A stretch of 64,000 bases of DNA from the human T2T-CHM13v2.0 reference genome, Homo sapiens, in the NCBI RefSeq assembly GCF_009914755.1, contig NC_060938.1. One strand, 5' to 3'. Positions 24,501 to 40,172 of this stretch are shown piece by piece. The translations under genes were made by a program, and so were the position numbers. Each line of letters opens with the position of its first letter. Position 1 is the stretch's first letter. Below the pieces are notes generated by a model. That model saw nothing but the letters and a program-made list of their open reading frames with translations, ran no database searches and was not told the origin of the DNA.

Positions 24501-25020
24501 AGCATTAGTCCTCCAAATTTAGTTATCTTTTTCAAGATTGGTTTGGATCTCTACATTCTTTACATTTTCATATAAATTTTGGAATAAGCTTGTCATTCTT
24601 ATCAAAAAAGTCTGCTGGGCTTGTATTGAAAGAACAAATCAATTTGGGGGTAACTGACAGCATGAAAATATTGAATCTTCCAATTCATGAACATGGTATA
24701 TATCTCATTTTCATGAGATCTTTAATTTCTCTCAGCAATGTTTTTTAGTTTTCAGTGTAGAGGTCTTGCCATTTTTGTTAAATTTATTCTCAAGAATTTT
24801 ATGTTTTTTATACTAATGTAAATGGAATTTTTAAAAATTTCAACTTTTTGTTGCTGATATCTAAATAACAATTGATTTTTGCATATTAGCATGTATTCTA
24901 GCTAAATTCACTTATTAGTTCTAGTAGTTGCTTTGTAGATCTCTTTAGGATTTGATTTTGTATGGAAAAATCATCTGTAAATAGCAAGAGTTTTACTACT
25001 TCCTTTCTGATCTTTATGCC

Positions 25021-25504
<484 letters not shown>

Positions 25505-25534
25505 TAGCAAATTGAGGTATTTCCAGTTTGAGGG

Positions 25535-25843
25535 TTTTTGTTGTTGTTGCTGTTGCTGTTGTTGAGGCAGGGTCTTGCTCTATCACCCAGGCTGGAGTGC
25601 AGTGGCACCATCTTGTCAGTCTCAACCTCCCTGGCTCAAGTGATCCTCCCACCTCAGCCTCCTGAGTAGCTGGGACTACAGGTGTGTGCCACCATGCCCA
25701 GCTAGTTTTTTGTATTTTTTGTAGAAATGAGGGGGGTTTGCCCTGTTTCCCAGGCTGGTCTCCAACTCTTAGGCTCATGCAGTCTTCCTGCCTTGGCCTC
25801 CCAAAATGCTGGGATTACAGGCGATATTCACTGTGCCTGGCCC
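25535..25843 (-). mobile_element. AluJ element, (GTT)n tail
   Basis: Antisense dimeric Alu. Confidence 0.93.
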
Positions 25844-27026
25844 AGTCTGAGTTTTTGTCATGATGTGTGTTGACTTTTGTGAGATGTATTTTCTGCATCT
25901 ATTGAGATATAAGCTTTTTGTCCGTTATTTCTTAATATATTGAATTATACTGGCTGATTTTTGAGTATTAAACTATTGTTATTCTCTTGGAATAAACTCT
26001 ACTTGGTCATGACCCTACTTGGTCTTTTAATCTATAGCTGGATTCAGTGGCCATGACGACTATGGGTCTGTCTGTCCTCTTCCCATTTCTTTTCTGTTTC
26101 CTTCTTTTTTAAAATTTATTTTGATAATGGCTTTATTAATTTTAGTTTTAGGGCTATGCTGCCTGCATCAAACAAATTGGGAAGGGTTCTCTCCTTCTCT
26201 ATTTTCTGAAGTTATTGTAAGTTCGGCGTTATTTTTTCCTGAAGAATATTTTTGACCTAAAACTTTGAACCAGCATTTCAGGGTAGATGTGGCACAATGA
26301 GGTAATAATTGGCATAATTAGGTAAGCAGTACTTCTTACTCTTTATCTATTTACGTTCTTTGATTTTCTCTTTTTTCCTTCTGGTAACTTACCCCCTAAC
26401 TACATCAAGAAGCATCCTTTCTGGTACCTTAGTCTAAGGGGCAGGGCCTCATAAATTTGGCCCTACTTTTGATGTGCAGAGGTGCACATGAAGGGTGAAG
26501 GTCAAATTGCACCTGTCAAAGTCCAGCCTTTTTACAAGTGTCAGCTCAGATGCCCAAAGAAAACTTCCCACATCTCCTAATGAGAATGAACATCTCTCTC
26601 ACTGCATATATATATATATATATATGAATTTTTTTTTCCTCAGAGCAACTCTGTCTTAGCCAGTGACACTTTCCTGGGAGGATTTTCCTGGTAATCCTCA
26701 TCCAGGGCTCCAGTCTTGACTGTCATTCTGTGAGCATGTGACCTTTGTATGTGACCTCTTCTCTCAGGATCTCATAACCTTCCTGAGTCCATTGTGGGAC
26801 CTGGAATACGTCTGAGACTACACTGGCATTTCATGGTTCTCTCTTTCTAAAAACTTCTTGTTAACAGGGATTAGGTTTGAGTAGAATATTTCATTTCACT
26901 GATGAACATGACAGTGAGCTATCCCATCAGAGGCATGGTGTGCAAATGTCTGAACTCTAAGTAAATATCTGAACACCTGCTCACTGGCCCATGACTTCGT
27001 GTCTTTTCTCCCCTGTTCAACTCCAG

Positions 27027-27139
27027 CATGATGGTTCCCGGCAATGCGGCGGGGGTGGCCAAGCAGTTCCTGCGCTGCATCTTCCATCAGTTGGCCCCCA
27101 ACGGCATCTTCCCGCAGCTGTTCCAAAGCACGATCAAAG
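27027..27139 (+). CDS. UNC79: UNC79 coding exon (113 nt, phase 2-1): MMVPGNAAGVAKQFLRCIFHQLAPNGIFPQLFQSTIK
   Basis: Acceptor ccctgttcaactccag|C, donor AAAG|gtaatt; GC/CpG-rich codon usage; matches ORF 27028..27216. Confidence 0.95.
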
Positions 27140-27224
27140 GTAATTCATCCACTGAGGATCCAGGCACCACAAATTTGCCTCATCCCAGACACCCAAACAC
27201 TAAATCCGATCGTTGACTTTACAG

Positions 27225-27310
27225 ATGGGACTTTTTTACGGACCTTAGCCTCGTCTCTGATGGACTTCAATGAGCTGAGCTCCATCGCAGCTCTCAGTCA
27301 GCTCCTAGAG
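27225..27310 (+). CDS. UNC79: UNC79 coding exon (86 nt, phase 1-0): DGTFLRTLASSLMDFNELSSIAALSQLLE
   Basis: Acceptor gactttacag|AT after an 85-nt intron, donor GAG|gtgggt; matches the 3' part of ORF 27044..27325. Confidence 0.94.
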
Positions 27311-27493
27311 GTGGGTTTCCTTTAATGACACCCTAAGCCCCAGCCGAAACTCTAAGCCCCAGCACAACTGTGGGCTGTGTTTCTTTGAGTCACACCATAG
27401 GATACTGCTGAGGAAGGATTGCAATGTTATTTAATTTAAAAATGAAATCTAAAATTTTAAAATTAAAAAATATATATTAAATTTAAAGCTAAG

Positions 27494-27830
27494 GGCTGAG
27501 TGCAGTGGCTCATGCCTATAATCCCAGCACTTTGGGAGACTGAGGCAGGAGGATTGCTCGAGGCCAGGAGTTCAAGACTAGCCTGTGCAACATAGCAAGA
27601 CCCCCATCTCTACAAAATAAAAATAAAAGAAATTAGCTGGCATGGTGACACATGCCTGTAGTCCCAGCTACTCAGGAGACTGAGGGGGAAGGATCACTTG
27701 AACTCAGGAGTTGGGGGCTGCAGTGAGCTGTGATGGCTACATTACACTCCAAGTTGTAATGGCTACATTACACTCCAATGGCTACATTACACTCGCAACG
27801 GAGCGAGACCCCCAACTCAAAAGAAAAATA
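27494..27830 (+). mobile_element. AluJ element with an internal triplication in the right arm
   Basis: Dimeric Alu; atggctacattacactc x3 at 27733-27794. Confidence 0.93.
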
Positions 27831-27852
27831 ATAGAAAATGCTAAAATTTAAA

Positions 27853-27922
27853 TAATTTAAATTTTAAAAATTAACATAATTTAAATTTTAAAAATTAACA
27901 TAATTTAAATTTTAAAAAGTTA
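27853..27922. repeat. AT-rich 24-bp tandem repeat (~3 copies)
   Basis: taatttaaattttaaaaattaaca repeated. Confidence 0.85.
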
Positions 27923-28518
27923 ATTAAGAAATAGAATTGCATAGAATAGTGTCAGTTGGACATTGCGGCTTTGCGTGGATTTACTCTTCATTGAAAACTT
28001 CTCCATACCCTCAGCTAAGTCGTGACCTTGCTTCCACAGAACAACTTGGTTTTCCAAGGGCAGAGTGGTGGGTGGAGCTATGGGCGTTGGATCAAGAGAC
28101 TTGGGTTCAAGTCTCAGCACTGCTGCAGGTCAGCTCTTGGGGTTTGCTTGCGGGAGATGCTCACTGCTAGAAAAAAAGCTGCAGCTCCTGTAACTCTATG
28201 CTCAGTCTTTGTGCTGGGGATTATTTACAGTGAGCATCATTCATTGTTTTCTTAGCACCTAACCACACCAATTGTAGACCCTTGGAAGCTGTTTCCTATT
28301 TCTTGCTCACTTTTCACCTCTCATCAATTTTCCCCCTTAAGTTTGTCTGAACGATTTTCTCGTTATCCTTCCAGTCTATCACAGGGATTGGCCTATGTAG
28401 TAGGCACTGAACACGTTTATAGCCTGAAGATGTGACTTTTAAACTGACATTTACCAAATAGCGCTATGCATTCCCGTGCTGTTTCAGCAGTTGATGGCCT
28501 ATGCTTTTGTGTTTTTAG

Positions 28519-28692
28519 GGTCTAAATAACAAAAAGAATTTACCAGCAGGGGGTGCTATGATTCGCTGTTTGGAAAACATTGCAACCTTCATGGAAGCTT
28601 TGCCTATGGATTCTCCTAGTAGCCTCTGGACCACAATTAGCAACCAGTTTCAGACATTTTTTGCCAAGCTGCCTTGTGTTTTACCTCTGAAG
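28519..28692 (+). CDS. UNC79: UNC79 coding exon (174 nt, phase 0-0): GLNNKKNLPAGGAMIRCLENIATFMEALPMDSPSSLWTTISNQFQTFFAKLPCVLPLK
   Basis: Acceptor ttttgtgtttttag|GGT, donor AAG|gtaagc; in frame. Confidence 0.95.
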
Positions 28693-29474
28693 GTAAGCTG
28701 AGCCGAAGATTTCATTTTCAATTAATTTCTTACCATTTTCAGACCGTTTATTTACAAGCAGCAGAGTCTTGGGTGATTTAATGTATCGCAAAGGTTAATG
28801 AGGAAACTCCGTCAGCCATGGAGTGAGGATGCTTATTTGGGTTGTTCTGTCTTCTCTTAGAGAATGACAGGAATGTGGAGTGAGCATTTTGCTCACTGAC
28901 TATGAATATGCATGTTTCCAGTTGATTTGAAAAAAAAAAAAAAAAACAAAAAAACAGCCAGGAAGACATGAGTAGACTGTGTTTATCCGGCAGTTTTTCT
29001 CCCGTAGATATTAAATAAGTAAGTAAATAGTTTTGTCCAAAAGCAGCTCAGACATATAATGTAAAGTTTCCATTTTAGAGAATTATCTAAAGGGAAGTAA
29101 TTGCTGTGTTTGTGAATGATGATGTTTCTGCTTGACTGTTACCCCCTACACCATACCATCTCCCAAGAATACACACACAATTACCTACCTGGAAATCTGG
29201 TGGCCCAAGGATCATTGACAACATGAGCTCAGTAAATGCAAATAAGAAGCCAATACTGTTAAAGCTGGAAGAAACCTATAAAGATCATCCCTTCCAATGC
29301 CTCTGTTTTCTAAATGAATTCTGCAAATTCAGAGAGATGGTATAGCTTCTGGAAACAACACAGTGGTGGCAATGTGAGGATTAGAACTGAGGTTTTCTGA
29401 CTCACAGTCCAGTGCTCATTTCACTAGCAGACTCTTCTTGCCCTTCTGCAGCAGGGGTGAGTTGAAGGCATTCA

Positions 29475-30247
<773 letters not shown>

Positions 30248-30590
30248 TCAACAACCTATGCTAATACATTTTTCCAAATGGGCAGATACTACTAATAGGT
30301 CTGTAAGGGATAATGCAGGGACCCTTAGCTCAGCGTGTGCTGCTTTGAGCTTTGAGTTACTGTAAGAAGCAGGAGTATAGAGGAGGGATCTTTACCACCT
30401 CTTATATTCTATGATCCTCGTTTGCCCACAGATGTGGAGTAGCTGAATAAATCCAAGCAAGAAGGGTTAGTACTTTGAAACTGTGTATGTGTATAGCTAC
30501 TGTACATCAACACACAGGAAACTGAGTGCACAAATTTTAAGCACATGGAACCTCCTAGGACCCGAGAACCAATCAGGGCTTCACTGCTAA

Positions 30591-30950
<360 letters not shown>

Positions 30951-31534
30951 TAAATGCCTGTGTGCCGATGTGACTGTCAGAAGATTTAACTTGGGCACAG
31001 AAGAGTGGCAAGTGTTGCCAGCTGTAAACAAGTGGCGTGCCTAATTTGTGACAATCAACCTGCCCATAGGGACCCTGCCTACAGGGTTAATAAAGGAGAA
31101 AAGATAATAAGGAGAATTGAGAACCTTAGGAACTAGAATGTGCCAGTCCTTCTATGAGGTCAGTGGCTACTCACGCCTGCCAATTGTTGTTCTGTGGGAG
31201 CGCAGGCTTCTGGTTGTCTGTCTTCCTTTTTTTTCCCAAGAGAACATTTTCTGGTTTTTAAATCACTATGGGGGCCTGATGAGCAGCCAGTTTTCAGCCT
31301 CTGGTTTAAAGTAGTGTAAATGTCACATCAACTCCGATGAGTGTCGAGCAGATTAAATAGAACCAGTGGTTCCCTTAGAAGGCACTTGTGAAATACTTTC
31401 AAAATCTGTGTAAGAATTTCTCCCGCTAGGGCAGATCTGGGCACTGCCCCTGATCATCTTCTGCCTTTGTTTTTAATCTCTGGGGAAAATAATAAGCCAC
31501 TGAAACCTTCTATAGTTTGTTTTCATCAGTTTAT

Positions 31535-31705
31535 AGAAGCAGATCTCAAACGTCAGTGTGCATCACTGTCCCTGAAGGACTTGCTAAAACACAACTTACT
31601 GGGCCTGATTTGGGAGTTTCTGATTCAGCAGGGGTAGGGCTTGAGGATTTGCATTCTGGCACATTTCTAGCTGCTGGTTCTGGGATTCCACTTGGAAAAC
31701 TCCTG
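31535..31705. mobile_element. MER5A-like hAT DNA transposon
   Basis: tctcaaac...gcatca...cttgctaaaacac...gtttctgattcagcagg...atttgcattct pattern. Confidence 0.7.
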
Positions 31706-32132
31706 CTTATTTTTTACTATCTTGAGGAAGTTAATGTAGGTGCACAGCTGCAGAAATTTAACTATAGCCTGCTATTGTGATCTATTTACCATATCATTGT
31801 TTATTCTTGCTGTAACGTTTACCCCCAGTCCTAGTAAACTCAATTTAAAAAGTACATTTTGATGTGGAATCTTGTCAATATAGAACTTGAATGGATAGGT
31901 AAGGCATGATTTTGTCTTGTAGAAATTTTACTGCATTTTCTCAGGTTTTTGTCGTGTTGCTTCATAGCAGAGAAAGGGCAGATGAAACTGGTTCTTATGT
32001 GGATTCATGGTTTTTTTAAAAATAGATCTAAGTAGTTTTTTTCCCTAAAAAGTCCTTTCACAAATTGGTGCATCTCTTTAGAATTAGATACATTTAATAT
32101 CTACCCAACAAATTTCTGTTCATTGTCTGTCC

Positions 32133-32182
32133 ATCTATTCATCCATCCATCCATCCATCCATCCATCCACCCATCCATCCAC
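32133..32182. repeat. (TCCA)n microsatellite
   Basis: Direct reading. Confidence 0.9.
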
Positions 32183-32477
32183 CATGTCTCTATTCAACTG
32201 TCTATCTCATTAATTTTTAGGGCTATATCTTTGAAAAATACTTTAGGAGCTGTGTTTAATTATTTAATTGTTTACCATTGTATAATTGTTTAATTAAAAT
32301 TGTTTTAACCTGAGAATGACTTTTTTCAACAAGGATATTATGGCATGGGAATCTGTTGAGATGCAGTCATATTTCAGATTTTCCTTTTGCTAAACTAAAT
32401 GCTTTCAGAACATATTTGAAGCAAAAGTTATATTAAGGTGGAAACTAATTTTTACTTTTTTTCATATTTATTCACAG

Positions 32478-32546
32478 TGTTCTTTAGATTCCAGTTTAAG
32501 AATTATGATTTGCCTCTTGAAGATCCCTTCTACCAATGCTACAAGG
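32478..32546 (+). CDS. UNC79: UNC79 coding exon (69 nt, phase 0-0): CSLDSSLRIMICLLKIPSTNATR
   Basis: Acceptor ttttcatattttattcacag|TGT, donor AGG|gtatgt; in frame. Confidence 0.93.
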
Positions 32547-32729
32547 GTATGTATGTTTCAGAAAAACATAACCAATTGGTTAGTCAGTTTTTTTTAACCT
32601 AATGAGATAGGCTTGTAGCAATACTGAAGACATAGTTATGGCATACTGAATGCTTCCCTTTCAGCCTCCTTCTTTTTCTTCATGCTAGGTCAGTGCCTTG
32701 TATAAAGAACTCTATCTAATACATCACAA

Positions 32730-33670
32730 TGTCATGGTTTATAACTGGTCCTGCTAACCCTGGGCCATGCCCCCCAATCCATCCCCCATACTACTAACTA
32801 GGCGATCCTTCTAAACAGGATCTTATCGTGTTGGTTCTTTGCTTTAAAATCTCTGATAACTTCTCATTTCTGTCAGGATGATGTCCAGATTCCTTAATGT
32901 GGTATCTAAGATGTTACTTCATAACTCTCCAGCCCACCTTTCCAATTTAATCTTTGGCTCCATGTCTTATTCATCCCTTCCTCCTATGCACTTTCAGAAT
33001 CAGCGTTATCATCATCGTCATCGAAACAACAACCACTGTTTGTTATCATATGGCAGACATTATGCTTAATGCTTCAGATATATAATCTTATTTAATTTCA
33101 TACTTCCTTGCCTTTGCTTAGGCCATTTCCTTTGCCTGAAATGTTTTATGCCCTTGCTGGTGTGGTGAACTCCTTCTTATTCTTCAAGGTCCCATTTAAT
33201 GAAAAAACATATTCATATTATCTGTAGTAACTTTTTCCTGTATCAGCTTCCATGGTATTTGATAGAGCTCTCTATAGTAGCACTTACATTGCCCTGAAGT
33301 GGTTCCAATGAGACCACAAGCTTCAAGAAGTTCTGCACCGTGTCTCATTCACTTTTGTATTCCAAGCTGTATTTCTGCACTGCATTCGCTGCAGTGGTAC
33401 AATAGTTTGCATTGCTATAGCTTGTAATTACTATTTAATATACCAACAATGTACGTATTCTGCAACTGTTTAACTTGACTGTGCTTTCATAGACTCATGG
33501 TTTATGCTAGAAAGTTACAAAGAGATCATTGGTTCAATCCACTCATTTACAGACGAGGAAACAGGCTCAGAGAGATGGATTGTCTTGGCCAAGATCACAT
33601 AGCTGGTTAGTAGAAGATTTGTGACTTGAACATAAGTCTTTTGGGTCCATATCGCCCCATCACTATGCTG
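32730..33670. mobile_element. L2 and MIR fragments
   Basis: L2-like ggcgatccttctaaac...ttcaaggtccca; MIR catttacagacgaggaaacaggctcagagag. Confidence 0.6.
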
Positions 33671-33736
33671 CTCTTCTAAATATAAGAGCAAGTTTCCATA
33701 TAGGCTTGAATTCAGGCTTCTCTTTTTGACCAATAA

Positions 33737-34207
<471 letters not shown>

Positions 34208-34949
34208 TAGTACTAAGTCTGTGAGTTTCTTTAAGATTTTCTATATGGAAAGCACCACATGGATTTCTGTGGGGGAATACAAATAAGTAAAAAACAGAAT
34301 TCCTATCTTTAGGGGCAACTAACACAAAGTGCATTCATTTTCATATCGATTAGAAAAAAGAACCTCAAATACGCTCATGTCCTTTAATTTAGTCATTTTT
34401 TTTCTGGGAATCTATTCAAGGAAGAAAATGCAAATGCTAATTTCATGTAAAATATATTTATTGGGTTGTTATTTATAGTAAAATGTGACTTTGTGGCCAT
34501 TAAAATGGATGATTATGAAGAATTAAATGGCACTGAGAATTTCTGATGTTGTATTAAGTTAATATAAAACAAAATATAGGATTGTACATGTGTAATATTT
34601 CCACTACATATCAAAATATAATCACAAGGTGGTGGGACTATGGATGACTTTTACTTCTTCCTCATGTGTCCTTTCCTACATATCTTGAGTTTGACATTGA
34701 ACATGTATGACTTTTGAAAACCAGACAGTGAGCACTATAGAGATTGAGAAGTATTGGAACTCATGGCATGCAAGTGTTTTGGAGTCCAGTTAAAATCCTA
34801 TCTTCTCTGCAGAGCAATTCTACCTCTGGAAAATTGCCCTGGAACTTGGCTTTGAATTCTACCTGATACCTTTATGGTCTTAGGCAAATTGCTTGTCTAC
34901 TTAACTGCCTAAGCTGCAGAGCAGGAATGGATACTAAAGCTTCAGAAGG

Positions 34950-35310
34950 TTAATAATGAAGATCATAGCTAACACTGATGGAGAGCTTACTGGTGCCAAG
35001 TGCTTTACATATATTATCTCTTTTAATTCTCATAACTTGCACCCTAATGAGGTGGAAGCCATTATTATCCCCCTTTTACAGAGGAGAAAACCAAGTTCCA
35101 GAGAGATTAAATCACTTATTCAAGGTCACAGTGAGCTAGAGTGTGAAAACCCTTGTGTCAGAATTTAGTGCTTGTGTCATTACCTATATTATAACACACT
35201 GTCTCCCAGGATAGTTATGAGAAATTTGAGTAAGATAAACTATATGAAATCATCCATCTAACTCTGTCTGACACTCAGTAGGTACTCAACAAATGTTTCT
35301 AAATGACTTA
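34950..35310. mobile_element. MIR fragments in both orientations
   Basis: attattatcccc...ttacagaggagaaaacc...aaggtcacag; ...cagtaggtactcaacaaatgtt. Confidence 0.7.
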
Positions 35311-35878
35311 AGAAAGCATATGGAACTAAAACTGATCCTTCATGGGTAGGATTCAGGGGGAGAAACCAAAACAGACTATGCCTTCCTGATTAACATTGGC
35401 AGGAGGCTGGGTTGTGATGAATTTTATCTAAGCTATAGTACTTTAGTACTTACACGTAAGGGTGGTTTGCACTGCTTAACCCAGAAGACAGGCTTCCAGA
35501 TCTGAATATGATGAACTCATAAATACTTAAATGTTCTGAAAATAAAGTGGAAGATCCCACTGCAAACCCCACACTCTTGATTGCTTAGGGTGGACACGAA
35601 GACAGGGTTGTAGTAAGGAAGGTTTGTAAATGATACCATATGGAAAAATGAATGTCTTTTTGAGCAGTGAAATGATTTGGTCCTGCTCTTTGAGCCCTTG
35701 ACTGAAGGTGCAGTTCTGTTTTTATTAGACCAATGGGGTTGCTACAGGAGCCACTGGGCAACAGAGTTTTCAATTAAAAAAAAGTGATTCCATTAGTTAA
35801 AGTATCATAAGATTTTAATACTTTTTTTGAAATGAAGTAATCAGCAATTGACTTTATTTGGCCCCAATCTCATTGCAG

Positions 35879-35989
35879 AGTTTGTTGGAACCATTTTCAA
35901 AACTGCTCAGCTTTGTAATTCAGAATGCCGTCTTCACTCTGGCCTACCTGGTGGAGCTGTGTGGCTTATGTTACCGAGCTTTCACTAAG
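35879..35989 (+). CDS. UNC79: UNC79 coding exon (111 nt, phase 0-0): SLLEPFSKLLSFVIQNAVFTLAYLVELCGLCYRAFTK
   Basis: Acceptor tctcattgcag|AGT, donor AAG|gtaagc; inside ORF 35858..36094. Confidence 0.94.
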
Positions 35990-36152
35990 GTAAGCAAGCT
36001 TCCATATGTGTGTTCCTGTGAAACTGAAAACTGGCAGAAATATATTCTTTTGAATCAGTGTCAAGTCCCTTTTAGCTCAGTTGCTTCCATATAGTTAAAA
36101 ATGAGTAATTCTACTGAGGTCTAATAAATACCATGGTAAGGAAACACTTTAA

Positions 36153-36186
36153 ACACACACACACACACACACACAAACACACATAC
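36153..36186. repeat. (CA)n microsatellite
   Basis: Direct reading. Confidence 0.9.
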
Positions 36187-39100
36187 AATGTCTAAAATAT
36201 GCACATATGCAGATTCAGAGAACTGAGGGTCATGTGGTTAGAACAGAAGTGGTATTTTTAATGAAAAGAGCTAATGGTTGACATGACCTCTTAAGGTCCT
36301 TTTCAAGTTCATCATCCCATGATTAGTGGGGCAAGGCATCTCTACATATCATTTTTATACCCAAAGTAGAAAAATATCAGCTGTCATTTGTAAAAGCCTT
36401 TGAAGAGCTCCTTAATTCTCATCATTTGTCTGTCTCTCCAGGTCTGGGTTCTTGGCCTCTGAGATTGGAATCTTATCTCATCTTTTGTCATCTTGCCTTA
36501 ATAATGGTTTCTCTATTGCATTATCTGTACAACCCCTGGCCCACTACTGAGAAAGTGGAAAAGTACTGCTGGCCCAGTGGCAGTAGCAGCCTTGTTGGAG
36601 CTGGTAGATGCTGTCCTAATGGAAAATCAGAAGGCAGGGCAAAATGGGAGCATTTCTGTCCTTAAGAACAATGTGCAAATGTTACCCTTTCAATTTCCTA
36701 ATTTTCCAAGCTTGTTTTCAATGGGTCTCTGTTTCTGTTGTTCTCTCTTGAACATTCAGAATGTTTCTTATTCATGTTGTCCATTTCTATAAGCCCTTTA
36801 TTTTCCTCATAAAAATCTAATTTTATACTGAGGCTTTCATTCTATTTAAAGCATTCTTGTCCCCTTTCTTACCAACTTGGGTCCATTCTGTCATGTTAAA
36901 TGTTCCATGGTAATCTTTGTTTTTCTGATTAGAAACTATTTATTACCCTGCCTGGAGCAATATGTTTTCTAACTACCATGATGGTCAGCATTTTTTTCTT
37001 CTTTTAGAAACTTCTTGAAAGATAACTTCTTCTTCTTTTTCACTTAAAAATGTAGATCTATAAGACACAGCACCAAAAAGATTTTCTATTTCTAGAAACC
37101 ATTTGATTTCTTCATTGTGTTTATGTTTAATTTGTTTAAATTATACCTTTTTTGGGGGAAGAATCATAATAAGTTTATACTTTCTATGTTGTACACTATA
37201 GATATTGATTACAGGGGACCTTCTAGCATTTGGATTCAAGATATTATTGGTTTTCAATTCAAAATATTCATTACACAGGATATCTCCTCATAATCCCTCA
37301 TAACTTTAGTGGCCTTTTACTTCCCATTATCATCTACCCTTTCTCATTCTAATACAAGATGATGATTACTTGTAGAAAGCTTTAGTTGATGGTGTTCCTA
37401 CCTTCCTCACAGATAATGAGAAACTATAAGAAATCGTTTAAAAATAGCAGTAGCTAATTGAGCTGTCTCCCTTATATAATCAAAAGAAAAGGCATAGAAA
37501 GGTAAGAACTTTGGAGACTTCACTTTCTAGCAAACTGGTAGTCTAGATACCCTGAAAACCACCCCACTTAAAATACTAGGAACACTGGATGAAATGTAAT
37601 AAAGGTGATTTTTAATGTAGAGCTAATTTTATAGAATGAAAGGGGCAAAAATGAAGCGGGATTGACAATCAGAGTGGTAAGCATATAAGTAGCCCTGTGG
37701 TGGGGCTGTTGCTTGTCTTGGTAACTTAGTGGCTAGAGTTTTAAAGCCCATACAAAGAAAAGAGATGAAGTCTTGGGATTATCCAGGCAGGGAGTTTGAT
37801 CTGAGTTATCCCTAGCAAAAGGTCAGAACCCTTGAAAGCCTATTCACTTGGTAAAAGGGTGGTTTGGAAAGAATACATTCTTATATAGAGGTGACAAAGA
37901 ATGGTATCTGTCTCAGTTTGGGAACTGGGAGAAAGATTTATAGTCTCCCTTGAAAATTAGTAAACATGGGCCTATCTTGGATCAGGTTTAGAGTTTGAAT
38001 TTATAATATCTGCATGCTCTTGGAACTCCCAAGTTGAAGAGTCAAATAACATTAGTGCTTAGTAAGTAATAACCTTGGAATATCTGGCAGAAGCAAGATC
38101 AAAACAAGCCTCAACCCTCTCTGGAGGAATATATCTCCAACCTAGGCCCAGCAGGATTCCTATAGTTAAAATCCTAATGAACATGAGCTCATAATCTAAA
38201 ATTACAAAGCAAATGAAGATACAACCCACCTTGTGATAGATTAGGAAAGTCAACAAGTAGCAAGATCATTTCCCACAAGAACTTTCAATATTAAAACTGT
38301 GATAAAGACTATAAATGATATACATATCATTAAAAATGACAATATATAAGTGACTATACTTTAAATGATATGCATATGAAGAATGTATATATAAATATTA
38401 TAAAATATAATAAAAATATAAATCTAAATGACTATACTTTAAATGATAAGCATATGAAAAATAAATAAAATAATATAATAGATTTAGTCATTTCAAAAAA
38501 AAAGAAAATAAACCAGACAGATTTAAACAAAGTAGAAATTCTAGAAATGAAAAACAATCACTGATATAAAAAACTTAATGGATAGATTAAATAGTAAATT
38601 AGACATAGCCAAAGAGAGAATTGGTGAAATGGAAAATAGATGAGAAGAAATTACCTAGAATTCAGAAGAGAGAGATAAAGAGATGAATATAAAGAGAAAT
38701 TCTAACAGATATCTAATAAATATTTCAGATAAGGAAAATAGGCTTTTTATCAATTCTAGAGTTGATGGAAATATTTAATTTTCTGATTCAGGAAGCACAA
38801 TGAGCCCTGAAAGTATTATAAATAAACTAAAGTTTTACCTGCTCATGTCATAATGTACATGAGTAGGTATAACTTGTCAAAACAGTCAAGACAAAGAAAA
38901 TATTTTCAGAAAAACCAAGGGAAAAGACACTCTGAAGACAGACAATACACTTCTCAACAGCACAATAGAAGCCAGAAGATAATTGAAAAAAAAAGTCTTT
39001 AAAATGATAAGAAAAAAGAACTATCTACTTGGAATTCTCTACCAGCTAAGCTATCCTTCAAGAATGAAGGATAAATAGATATTATATCAGGAAAATAAGA

Positions 39101-40172
39101 AGGCTTCTAATAGATTCTTACTGAAACAACTACTAAAAGATGTAAGAAGGAAAGTGAACCAAGAAGGAAGGAGTGAAATGTGTGAAGGAATGATGCTCAG
39201 AAATTGGTACAGTGTGAAAATCTAAGTGACCATTGATAATACAAAGCAGTAATAATAATAATGTTAGTCAGATAGGCATAAAAACAAAATGACAATAAAA
39301 TACTAGAAAATAGTACTCTGTAAGGGGTGTGTGTTTGTGTGTGTGTGTGTGTGTGGTTGGAGACTGGAGTTAAAGCATTCTATATATTATCTACAAGAAG
39401 GACAGAGATAATGAATAACTTTGAACTCTTAAGAATACAGGTAGACATTGTAAATGTAAACTCCAAAGGCCAGAAATAGAATTTATAAGTTCCAAACATA
39501 GAATAAAACAAGAATAAAAATTCAATCAAGACAAAAAGAGAAGCATAGAACAAGCTGTAATAAGCACACGTAGGATGACAGAATCACAATAAATATAAGT
39601 TTACTAGACTCACTAGGGATTGTCAGATTGACTTTTAAAAATTAATCTACATCTAAAACATGTCTAAAGACAGCAAGAAAATTTAAAAGAAAAAGGTTGA
39701 AAAAGATATACCAGACTAATACTAATAAAAAGAAAGCTGAAGTTAGTCAACTGACTTTAAGTTGAAAAGCATTATTACAAAGAAAGTCACAATATATTGA
39801 TAAGAGGAGCAACTCACCAGGATAATGTGACAATTCAAAAATTACACAGAGCTAATAATATAGCCTCCAAATATATAAAACAAAATATAATAGGCTTACA
39901 AAGATAAATTGATAAATTCACAGTTATACAGGGAGATTTTCTCTTTCAGTTATGGATAGATCAAGCAGATAAAACATATAGTAGATTCAAACAATAACAG
40001 TGAGCAAAGTGGATGCAACGGTCATATAAAGAATCCTGAATCAACCAATTTTAGAACAGATTTAAAAATGTGGAAGATTTTAAAACATGGAACAGATAGT
40101 AGGCAATTAATTAATTAAAGAAAGGAAGCAGTAAAGATAATAGCAGAAATTAATGAAATAAAAAACAGATAT

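Noticed and set aside
26896-27126. Antisense ORFs over exons (also 59695, 61826, 63270)
   Set aside because: Expected shadow frames of real coding exons.
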